DNA of 64,000 bases from Vezdaea acicularis (taxonomy: Eukaryota): contig JAPEUI010000011.1 of assembly GCA_026025075.1 (NCBI GenBank), forward strand, positions 1 through 64,000, read 5' to 3'. Shown in pieces: positions 36,930 to 48,239 of this stretch. The notes under the pieces are model-generated. The model did not search any database. It was not told where the DNA came from and was given only the letters and a program-made list of their open reading frames with translations. The stretch's first letter is position 1. Every line of letters begins with the position of its first letter. A program made the translations under genes and the position numbers.

Positions 36930-39610
36930 GAATCTTTTCTCTCTCCCTGAATTGCATCACGAGTCTCCTATCACTTTCCTTTTTACAACATTAGATCGAC
37001 TTGATCGACATCAAATCTTGGCTATACCCACTTCCTACTATCTACTACTATCTACTATACTATCATTTACAAAACGCATAGCGAGGTTGGGACGGGTTTC
37101 CTGGCATTGCATCATCATCATCATCAATGGCTTGTTCCTACTGCTTACTACTAGCTACTTTTCCTTATTACCTTGCCGGGGAAATATGTAGGGGCGGGGG
37201 TTATATATCAGCGATTTACTACCCAAATACGAATCCCCTTACCAACTCATCAAACCTTTCTCTCCATCATCAATCTATCTATCTCTCTTCCTTATCCATC
37301 TCTTCAGCAGCAGCAGCAGCGCGCGGGAAGGGGGGCATTTCTCGGCAGGAACATCGAAATCCAGGCGTTTTTTTTCAGGGCCAGATATCAGGACAAATCT
37401 CTTTCTCTTTTCTCTCAAAGTCCGCCTCGTCTCCTTAGAATCAAGCTCCCCCTTTTCCCGCTCTATTTATCTCTCTCTTTTTCCTTACCTGTTCAATGGC
37501 TCGCGAATGGGTGGGAGTCTACTTGCTTGCTTCAGAGGAGGAGAAGGAGGGGGGAATCTAGCATTGCCCCCCCTCCCCCCCCCCAAAGGGGGCCGCTGCT
37601 AGTCAGACTGTGTATAGATGCCTAAACCATAAAAAACCATTTCCACCTACCTACTCTTCCTTCCGTCCGTTTTCTGCACGCTATGACGCCTGTGACGACG
37701 ATGTGAATATCCCTCCCCCATTCCAAACCCCAAGATCTGCACTCCCGTCCCTTGCCCGGCGCGTAAATTCCTGGCGTTCTCAACCCTCCCGAATGGAAGA
37801 CCAGGGGAAGACCAGGGGAGGGCGGCTACATAAAACGCCTGGCGCGTAGGGGTGGGAGCTGGCGGTTAGCGGGTGAGGGGGGGGAGGGGTGTGGAAATTA
37901 TTTTCATGACGGCTTTTTTTCTTTCGGTTTCTTCGGAGTTTCATTCTCTGTTGTGCAGAATGCGGGTTGGAAAGGGAGCGGAGCGGGGGGTTGGGTGATG
38001 AGAAGAGCCGTGGTGATGACGGGCCGAATTAACGATCGTGCAATCAGCGACAATTACTACCCATCCATGGCGTATAACTATACCACGCCAAGAACACAAT
38101 TCCTCTGCATGCCCAGGATATCGTGGTGCGGACACCGCTGAGCTTGCTGATGGGTTGTTGGACGCGGGACGGGGCGGGGGGATGGCGGGGATGTGCGGGG
38201 GGGGTAAGATGTGGGAGACGTGGACTCGACTTTTTGACTGCATCGCATCGCATTGGGGAGCTGGGGAAGCTGGGGGCTGGATGAAATTCTGTTTGCGTCC
38301 GTGCGCGCGCTGTTTTTTCTAGTAGCTAGCATACATACATGTACTTCATTCCGAGAGGAATAGGGGCATTTTCCGCGAGGTATCGGCGGCAAAGCGGGGG
38401 TTAGGATAGATGGTTCTACTACTGCCGACGCGGGGCACGCACGCAGCTGAATAGTATTCATCCGCGGTGTCCGCTTATTCTTCATGCCGGTAGTTAGGCC
38501 TAGTGAGTATATCCCGGGTTTCCTTCGAGGAACAGATTGCACGCGGTGGCGGATCGGAGCGGAGCGGGACGAGGTAGCGGCGGCAATGCTGGTTGCAAGG
38601 CGTGTTGGAGGCGAGAGCCGCGGTTGCATATCAGGTCTCTGCTGGTTGTTGCGCCAGCTGAGCGAGGGTTTTCGCTGCATATGCAGCGCGCGCCGAGAAG
38701 GGATATACGGCTGGTATCGGCGGCAGATACGCCTTGTGAAGGCCGCTGTGTTGGTGGCTTCCGCGTAGTGGATGTAGTTTTGTACCGCGGGGTTGCGCTA
38801 CACTTTGAGAGCATTCCCGTTCTGTTCGTGGGTGCATAAGCTCGTCCGAAAAGAGTGATTTCGCCAGAAAGTTAGCAGTTCTGCCTCATGCGATGATCTG
38901 TTGGGTCCAGCGGTCTGTCTTCAGATGAGCAGCTGATCCCACAGATACTGTACGAGTGCGGCGCGAGAGTTGCGCTATCAGCGTCTAGGCCCCACATCGC
39001 GATACCCAAGGCCTTCCTGCGCTTGCCCGCTTCGAAGTATTCGTGCACTAGTGCTCCGTAGTAGTGATTTTTGTTCTGCAGGCCCATATTCAGCTGACGG
39101 CTCGGATGGCATGCGTGTTGGTTGCCGCCGTTATCGCGGGGGGTTCATTTGTAGAGCGAGGGGCAGAGGATGGTTCTATCCCGACCCGCTTTTCGCGCAT
39201 GGCGGTGGCCTTTTCAGCTGGGATGGGACGGATGCAGACGCTGGGAGCGGAAGGGGCCTTGGGATCGGGCGGCTGCGGTTCATGCAGTGTTGTAGGTGGT
39301 AAGGCTTTTTGTTGGATGCGGTCAAGATATTGCGGGTCTTCCGCTTCCCGCTGCGGCCGCAGTTGAGGCCATCAAGTCTACCTGCGCCAAGACAGGATCC
39401 ATGGGGATTTCGTCAGAACCTCGACGATGGCACAACGATACTCTGAGGGCGGGGCGTTTCTTGCAAGCCTATCAGCCAGAGCTTACGATCTTGATGCCTT
39501 GGGGAAATGCTGATTTGAAGTTTGTATTACTTTCGACCTTCGGCGGCTAAGCGGCCATGCCCCTGTCACAAATCAAAAAATCTCGTAACCAATTCCAGCG
39601 CTCTCTTGAG

Positions 39611-39947
39611 AACGCAACGCAAAAACCACCTCCTCACGTGATTTACCTCTTTTTCACGTGACTTTCAACTTTCCGCATCACGACCCTCTCCTCAACGAAC
39701 AGCGTGGGGCCCCTCCGATCCATAATGCCCTCATCTCGACAATTACTAACGCAACGCAGAAACCTCAGCCCCACGTGCTTTCTCCCTTATATCCCGTGAT
39801 CTGCCACTTTCTACGTTGCGGGCGCCCTGCGGGACTGCCTGACGTCCTCGTAGCCCCAAACCCCCAACGTTTGGGGCTACGTTTTTCATGCAACGCAAAA
39901 AGGTCGATATCATGTGATATCACGTGATGCTTTCAATTTTCCGTCCC
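39611..39947 (+). repeat. Three degenerate tandem units (137 and 139 bp spacing) of GCAACGCARAAA-N9-CAYGTG followed by a second CACGTG-like box
   Basis: GCAACGCA at 39614, 39751 and 39890, each followed at identical spacing by CACGTG or CATGTG. The sequence between units is unrelated. Confidence 0.7.
39849..39886 (+). other. Perfect 13-bp hairpin with 7-nt loop followed by TTTTT
   Basis: CGTAGCCCCAAAC-ccccaac-GTTTGGGGCTACG-TTTTT. Confidence 0.7.
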
Positions 39948-40019
39948 GACGAGTGGTTAAGGCGTTAGACTGGTATAGATGTTACCTGATTGGCCACAAA
40001 ATTCGATATAAATTGAGAG
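39943..40019 (+). pseudogene. Decayed tRNA-like relic (Ser/Leu-type D-arm)
   Basis: GTCCCGA-CGAGTGGTTAAGGCG-TTAGA-CT matches a tRNA 5' half missing TGGC. TTCGA lies at 40002. The 3' stems do not pair. Confidence 0.35.
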
Positions 40020-40221
40020 GTTATCGGACTAGCAATCGCAGGCAGAATGCCCCAGAACCTTTGCGATATTCATAAGCTCCGGCTTGTGAAGGTACATTAA
40101 GCGCTTAGGGATGACTGCCCGTTTGTAGAATCAAGAGTCCGTATGCAGCGGGAGGAGTATGAAGTCATGAGGCTGATAATTTTCCTGTTCGCGAAAAACC
40201 GAAATTTGCAAAAAGTGAAGA

Positions 40222-43012
40222 ATGTCTACTCGGCCGGCCTTTCAAACGACATTCGAGCCTGAGAGGGTAATTCAGCCTATATATACAGGTGGAGGCGTTG
40301 CGCTTGACAGAAATGGTCAAATTCTCGCGACTTGCCTAGGTGAGGATGTTGTTTTAACAGACTTGCACAATGGAGAGCAACTAGCTAGAGTAGAGGGAGT
40401 AAGTGACAGTTGCAGCGCTCTCTAGGCTAAGAATTAAAGGCTGACATTCTGGTTGCGCTCTAGGATGGGGAGAGCGTCACGGCACTGTCTCGTAAGGAGA
40501 GCTTCACGATCGTCGTGCGCTCACTACTAACCCAATGCTAGTTTCACCCTCCGCGTCGCACTTGATCGTCTGTTCGCGTTCTCTGTCGATGAGAATATAT
40601 GCCCTCAAGCCTTCTCCCACAGCAGACTCGTCAATAAATATAGAACTCCTTCGGTCTCTCAAACCGCATAGCACACCCGTCGTCACTCTTACAACTGATC
40701 ATACTGGGACCCTTCTTGCGACAGGAGGGGCTGATGGCCAGATTAGAGTCTGGGATATACGAGGGGGTTATGCGACGCATACGTTCAGGGGACAAGGTGG
40801 CGTTATATCGGCTTTGCACTTCTTTGAGGTTCAGATTCTCGAAAGCGACATAGCGCAGTCGAAGAAGGGGGCCAAGAAAAGAAGGAAGTCTCAACCAGAG
40901 GAGATTGAGATAATAGTTGATGGCGACAGGCCCAAACAGCAATCGACCCACGGCTTTAGACTTGCTTCCGGTGTTGAAGATGGGAAGGTGTACATATGGG
41001 ACCTCGTTCAGCGCAAACGTGTGGCGACTTTGGAATCTCACGTCTCAGTGGTGCGCTCTTTGGATTTCTCGACTTCTGAGAACGCGTTGGTATCTGCAAG
41101 CCGAGACAAGACAGTTATTGTTTGGGATGCAAGGAGCTGGAAAACCAGACGAGTCATTCCTGTTTTCGAGAGCGTAGAAGCCACGGGTTTTCTACAGAGC
41201 GGGAGTGTAATCTATACAGGTGGGGAGAACGGTAGGTTACGATTATGGGAGACCGCCGATGGACGAGAGATTACTGAAGAGCAGGAAGTCAGAAGCGAGG
41301 GTGAAGGCATCGTTGACATGATATACCACGAAGGCCTCTCTTTCATCCTGACGGTACAAGGAGACCAATCTTTAGTGTTACATGCTCTGGAATCCCTCTC
41401 GACTTTCTCTAAAGGCCAAAATCTACCGCCATTGCCGGAAGTTAGTCGAATCTCTGGGACTCATGACGAAATTATCGATCTTGTATATGCTGGCCAGGAT
41501 CATTCGTACATGGCGCTGGCGACTAATTCGGAAAGTGTACGTATCATCTCTCTAGCTACAACTCCATCAAACCCGACAACAGACTCAACAGAGGGCACGT
41601 ACTTCGGCGCAGACGTTGGACTCTTACGAGGTCACCAGGACATTGTTATTTGCCTCGACACCGACTGGTCAGGCCAATGGATTGCAACCGGCGCAAAAGA
41701 CAACACTGCGAGACTCTGGCATATCAAATCCACAGGCTCCTCATTTACCTGTCACTGTACATTCACCGGCCACGCAGAATCTCTAGGCGCGATCTCTCTG
41801 CCTAAAATACGGCCCACAGATATACAGTCCGACCCTACAGCCGTGGAGCCACCCCCATATCTTCTGACAGGCTCACAAGATCGGACCATCAAAAAATGGG
41901 TCATCCCGCCCCTTTCTAATCCCTCCAAGTCTGCTGCTCGTGCCCTTTACACTCGTAAAGCACACGACAAAGACATTAACAGCATAGCTATCCACCCCAC
42001 ACAGCCGCTCTTTGCCTCCGCCTCCCAAGATCGAACCGCCAAGATCTATTCAACGGAGAATGGCGAAGTGCAGGGCATTCTAAAAGGCCATCGTAGGGGC
42101 GTATGGTCCATCGAATTTGCCCCCAATTCAATCGGCAACATTCCCGGCATTCCGTCTGCCCGCGGCTTCGTTGCTACAGGCAGCGGCGACAAGACCCTCA
42201 AGATCTGGTCCCTTCATGACTATAGCTGCGTACGAACGTTTGAAGGCCACACCTCCTCTGTCCTCAAGGCTCTCTGGCTCCCTTCATCAAACTCCGTCCC
42301 GCGACTAGCATCGTCTGGTGGCGACGGCTTGGTGAAGATCTGGGACGCTTCTGAAGGCGAATGTCTGGCTACGTTAGACAACCACACTGACCGCGTCTGG
42401 GCGTTGGCAGTGCACCCATCCGACACTGGCGTGCTGGTATCCGGCGCTGCAGACGCGGTGATCACCTTCTGGCGCGACACCTCATCCGAGACCGCCGCGA
42501 AAGCAGCCGCCAAGGAGGAAGAATTCATCGAGCAGGACCAAGCGCTCCAGAACTACATGCGTGCATCTGACTACCGCTCAGCAATCACCTTAGCGCTACA
42601 GCTCGAGCAGCCCGGAAGGCTCCTCAAGATCTTCCAGGACGTCCTCAACGCGCCGAAAGAAGAGGGGAGTCTCAGCGGCGTCAGAGCTGTCGACGAAGTC
42701 CTCGCACACCTCAGCGACTCGCAACTCCTAAAGCTCTTAAAGCGCTGTCGAGACTGGAATACCAACGCGCGCGCTGTGAATGTCGCGCAAAGGATCCTGG
42801 CTTGTCTCATCCGGATGTATCCCTCTGAAAGGCTTACGCGCTTGAGGGGCGTGAGAGAGGTGTTCAAGGGCTTGGAGTCGTACACGGAGCGCCATTTGCG
42901 CAGAGTCGAGGGGCTGTTGGAGGAGAGCTGGATCGTGGAATACACCCTGGGAGAAATGGATGGGCTGAATCTTGGCAGAGGAGAGGGAGCTGGGTTGATT
43001 ATGGAGAGGTAG
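40222..43012 (+). CDS. UTP13: U3 snoRNP / SSU processome WD40 protein Utp13
   Basis: N-terminus TTFEPERVIQPIYTGG; introns 40399-40463 and 40492-40541 flanking a 28-nt exon; many WD repeats (HDKDIN, GHRRGVWS); C-terminal Utp13 domain EQDQALQNY...RDWNTNAR...YTERH. Confidence 0.93.
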
Positions 43013-43265
43013 GGGAGTGTTGATAAGAGGAAATAGTATATACGAGTGTGATTCCCGATTGTTTTTCGCATGGAATAGCCTGCACTGGTACTCAGAAAAA
43101 ATGGAAGCTGGGTGGCAAGTGCGGCACGACGCGAAATGGCGTCACGAAAAGACGTTGATCAATGAGTAATGTAGGCTTAAGGGGAACTATGCAATCTTTC
43201 TCTGGACTTCATAAACGCTAAAAGCACAAGTGAATGAATACAACGAAAGACATCCCCACAGCTCT

Positions 43266-46200
43266 CTACCGTCCAAACTCCAGATTCGGGATGACGACCG
43301 GTCCATACTTGGTCGTCACTGCTCCGTACGCGCCCTCACCCTGGACCATGAAATCTACTGCCAAGCTGAGCATGCCCTTCCCGCTCCGACCGCCGCCTTC
43401 AACGCCATACATGGCGCCGTTCATATCCGGGTCGAAGGCGACGCAGGCGACGTAGTTTCTGCGCGGACAAAGCTTCTTCAGTTCACGTGGACGGCCGTCG
43501 GGCTCGAGGCCGAAGACTTCCATCATGTCTTCTTTGGTGTCCGAGGGAGCGTTTGTGGACTTGTGCCCGTTGGCGGGGATGTAGAGGGGTTTGTTGTTGT
43601 GGAGCATTTTCAGAGTCCAGCCAGGAGGCGGGGAGGCTCCGACGATGGAGGAGGAGATGATCTGGTACATGGTCTTGTGATCGGAGGGGTGGGCCGGGTC
43701 ATGCAGGAGGCCGGCACCGCAGGATCCGACGTCTGTGGGAACATGGTTAGCGGATCTTTTCAAATATAGGATTTATTCGAAGTGTGGAGACTTACCACCA
43801 GAGAAGAAAGTCATGCGGATGCTCTTCTGGTGCGAGATTCCTTGCAAGGTGCGGATGAGGTATGTGCGTTCGAGATCCTTGGAGTCGTGCGTCCAGGAGT
43901 CGCGGATTTCGTCTGCAATCTCGATATCACCGAAGGGGTTGAGGATACTGCTAAGTGCACCCGTCTTACCAACCGCCCTCTTTGCAGTGGTGAAGCCCTC
44001 AGCTACAGCAGCCTTAGCGCCAAAGACGCCAGCAGCCGAACTGGTGGCCTTGCCCAATAGGTTGTAAGCACCTGTCACGGCTTTCTTGCCCGTTGCAACG
44101 GTCTGTGTCAAGCTTTCCATGGCTTCAAGGCGTGGGTAGACGAGTGGGACACTGATCATCCAAATACAATGCTGAACGCTTGGCGGGAGGGTTGCCACCT
44201 TTGGGAATATACCTTGATACGTCGGTCCAGCCATAACTTGATGAGGGTTCCGTTCTGAGCGGCAGTCAGGCCCAATGACAACTAGCGCTGGGCCAAGGTA
44301 CTTGACAAAGTGCCAGCCGGTACCGGTGATGGTGAAGAGATCCCTGTCATCGCTGACATTCCGGAGGATCTCGAGAGTAGTGTGATGCTGGAAAAGGAGA
44401 TACATCTCTATGCCGATGCGCCCGATGTTCTTAAACATGTGAGAGAATTGCATATACTCCGGATAGGAGCCGAATCCGGCAAAACTATGATCCAGTCAGT
44501 ATCAGTCAACGAGTCATAACCGAAAATACCTACATGTCATGGTCATCAATTTGTAGGACATGCGGGATCTGTGCAAACGCCTCTCTGATCTGCGGTTGGT
44601 CGAAATGACTGGTGTAATAATGGAAATATGCATGGTTGACATCTTCATCGTGCTTGGCTGTCCAAGGGGCGTTTTTCCTGTTCTCTTTGCCGCTTGTAGC
44701 AAGCCACTGCTTTAATAGAGGAATATCTTTCCACATTCGATCTGCATAAATCTGATCACCGAGACCAAGTTGCGTGTGAAACCCACCACATTGGATGTGT
44801 TTCTCCATGATGTCCTTCCACATCAAGCTGATGCCGCCAACATTCTCTCGCTGCGTTGCACTCACGGTGAGAGCAAAGTCATTGCCTGAATGGGCGATGA
44901 ACCGCCAGCCACTCTCATATCGGCCAGCGACTAGGAACTCATATCGAGTGCATCCTAGATGGGATGTAATAGCATAGGTCCACTTGGCGCTTCCCGCCTC
45001 CTCCATCTGTAGGTCAACATCATAGCGATAAAATACCCATCTCTGATGAGTAAAGATCGGATTCGCTTTGAGTTGTCGTGCTGCATATGTCATTAGCGAG
45101 ATGAACGAAGTAAGGGGCAGATAACTCACGATTCGGGGAAAGGTCAACGCTCTGATGAATATGGATCGTGGGAGGTTGAGGAGCGTCAGTAACAAGCATG
45201 ATTGAGCCTAACCACAACCCTCGCTCCATATCCATGTTGGTGTATCTGAGATAAGGCCCGAAATAGACACCATTGGTGGGAGCAACTTTGTACATATCCA
45301 CTCCGCTACTTGGTGGGGGTCCACTAATGCCTGCAGCCGTGGGTGTTGCTGCGCTCATACTCATGCTCATGACGCTGGGCGCGTAACCCGGGGTTCCCGG
45401 CGGGGCAAATCCTGGTGTCATGGGGGAGGCAAGCCCATGCTTTCCAAACATGCTCAAGCCTGGTGAAGCCAAAGGATGAGCAGAAAACACGCTTCCTACA
45501 GGTGATGTAGGCTCGTTCATATTGTTTGGTAGCGGTCCTTTTGGAAATTCCCATTGGGTGGACTGCGTTGGAAGGTGAATGTAGTAGTACTGACCCGAAT
45601 TCTGGTCCAGATGCGCGATCCAACCCTCTGGTAGCGGAGGAGGGGAACTGGGTCCTGCGCCTCCAGCTGGTGGTGCAACTGCAGTCTGTTGGATTGGGTC
45701 GCCAGAGTTCTTGCCTGGCTGCGGAGACTGAACTTGATGAGCGGGGTCGTTGGCAAAGGCTGGATGACTCTGGTTTTGACTGGCATCATGGGGTGCAGCA
45801 CCAGCGACAGCCGCGCCAACAGCGGCTCCCGCCGCAGCTCCCCCTGCGCCGGCCACAGCAGCGCCTCCTATAGCCCCTGGGCCAGCACCATGCTTCTCAT
45901 TTGGATACCCCGTACTAGTGGTAGGCGCGCCAACACTATCATAAGCAGGAGGCGGGGAGCTTGTCAGTTGCATACGCTGAAAGTCTTGTTCGAGTGCATT
46001 TTGTGCTGAGCCCGCTCGAGGGGGGCCGCCAGGTCGAGGAGCCTGGGGCGTTGGCTGTTGAACGGGGGGCGACGCACTAGAATCCACCTCGTTGGGCCCT
46101 TGATAGACCGTGGGTGGCCCATACGGCTGACTTCCTGGCTGTTCAGTTGGTGTCCATGGCCGGCGAGGTGGTGCTTGCTGGGACGCTGTATTCTGTGGGG

Positions 46201-47068
46201 GTGGTCGTCCGCCATATTGATTTGCCCTGTGGGCTGCAGCAGCACCCTGAGCCTGCAGGCTTGTCAAAGTTGCGGCGCCTGCGATACCTGCAGCTGCATA
46301 ACGCGCTTCGATATCTGCTGCTGGCCCAGCGTCGTTGTTGTCAGTAGCTGGAGTCTCAGGAGGTGGTGGGGAGCCTCTTGTCGCCTTTGTCGTTGCCGTC
46401 GAGTCGAACCGGCCGATAGTGGGCTTAGGGGCAGCCAAGCCGCCGTTAGAGGCGCCAGGAGCGGCAGGAGATGCAGCAGAGCCAGGAGCCCCAGGAGGGG
46501 GCCAATATTGTTGGTGAAACTCAGGAAATGGATTCACGTCGGGGGGGGCGGGTCGAGAGCCGCTTCCCTGAGTAGGCGGTTGCTGACCTGCAGCACGCTG
46601 TGGTGGCTTTGCAAAAAGCCCCTCTCCATCTGTTATATCCTGCCCCGGCGAGTCTGGAAGAGGCTTTGGAACAACGTTCCCCCGTCTCTCTGCCAATTTC
46701 ACCGGTTTCTGTTCACCGATCGGACTGAAGCCTTCAGCTGCCAACGGGCTCGTCGCCTGCTGCCGCTCATTGTTCTGACCTGGTGGATGGTATGGTTTAT
46801 AGGAGGAGGCGCTGCTACCGGAGTTCTGAGTCTTGACGGTCGGCCGGTCGTTAGGATATGGGAGAGGGTTCGGAGAGCTCGTAGAGCCGGGGGGGAGAGG
46901 GAAATTCGAAGGTATGCTCGAGCCATCCAGGCGATCTCCACCCGCAGGAGAAGCCCCGCCCAACTTGCTGATGCGCAAAGGCTCCACTGTGGGGGTTTCT
47001 GGCTCTGTCGATGGCTTACTGAGGAACATCTCCTCCTCTGGCCGACCTTGACGGCCGACTCCGACCAT
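43266..47068 (-). CDS. Pro-rich WW-domain protein with a C-terminal PhoD-like domain
   Basis: Introns 45129-45081, 44533-44485 and 43795-43733. WW: PLPEGWIAHLDQNSGQYYYIHLPTQSTQWEFP. PhoD-like GLGDQIYAD, DDHD, DCRSER and SGDV. Confidence 0.85.
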
Positions 47069-48239
47069 CTTGGCGACTTAGAGAGGAGGCCGGATATCGC
47101 TGTTTTCTGGATCTAGCGCGACGGCGGTTTGACAGAGATCCAGAAGATGGTCTTGTCAGAGAGTCAGAAGTCTTGAAACGGTTGGTAGATGAGATCAGAG
47201 TAAGCAGTAGGTGAGGGGGAATCTCCCGACGGTACGACCGCAATGGACTTGGTCGCAAGAAAGGCCGAGAGGTCGGGGATTTAAAGGCGGGATTCTTCAG
47301 AGCTCGATACTCCTGTTCTACAGACTATTGACCTAAAGCTGGGCAGGCGCGAAGGACATCTCGATGAACTAGAAGTCCGGCTCGAATCGCGATTTCCCGT
47401 GGGCGACTCATCTGTGCCTGGGCCACGCGCGCTGTGATTGGAAGTGGAAGCGCTGGCCACCGACCACCACCATGGAAAGCGCAAGCTCCACGCGGGCGGG
47501 CGCCCTCCTCGGCCGCGGTCTGGGAGGACTGCCGCGTATGCGGCGCCGTTTGATTGCTGCTAATTATTGATCAGAGCCCTCTTAGGACGTTCTTTCATCC
47601 CGCATATCGCCCGCTCCTGACCAAGCTCCCTTTTCTTTTGCGGGTTAAGGCCGTAAAGCCTCTCTAACGGCGCCGCTTACGGCCCTCCCCACGATCTTGG
47701 CTCGCGGGTGTTCTGCAGTAGGAGGCGGCGGTAAACTTGCCAAGCATTTACCCCTGCCCCACGTCCACTCCCTTGGCCGCGGGCCGGCAGACTTTGTGCT
47801 ATTTGCAGCTGAGCCTTGCAGAGAGCAGGGCAGCATATTGTTATGAATACGGACTATATGTTGGTACGACATGCAGGGGAATACTTCGTGCATCTCGTGA
47901 AGATAAGGCTGGGCTGCACCTTCTCTTCTACGGCGCAGCTAGCCAACCTGCAGCTACTGGATATAGCAGCGGCTGGGCCCATGTTTCTCAGCCTCGACCG
48001 AGGTTCAAATGAGCTCAGCCTGCCCCCACGATATCCGTCCAATATCCTTCCTTTCAATCTTCAATTCCCTAGATATAAGTACCAGTGCCACCGACTGATA
48101 CTTCTTTCTCTTGTTCTATCTGCCACATCCTTCTTTCTCAACTCGCGTTCACCAGCACGAGGGTTTTCATTTGTGCCGAAGTGCGATTTGAAACTAGTTG
48201 GGGTTTGAAATCTTAGATCTTAGCATTCCAACTTCCGTC

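Noticed and set aside
35579..36994. 471-aa overlapping ORF and 265-aa antisense ORF in pro1
   Set aside because: Arg/Pro/Gly-rich shadow frames expected from extreme GC3 in the real gene.
37105..37322. (CAT)n and (CAG)n microsatellites
   Set aside because: Short, ordinary simple repeats in a 3' region.
39611..39947. CRISPR-like repeat-spacer array
   Set aside because: Only three highly degenerate units, no identical repeats, no cas genes, and a eukaryotic context.
43126..43150. Possible sixth composite-motif copy (ACGCGAAATGGCGTCACG)
   Set aside because: Wrong spacing and an incomplete CACGTG box, although it lies near a G-to-C skew switch between convergent genes.
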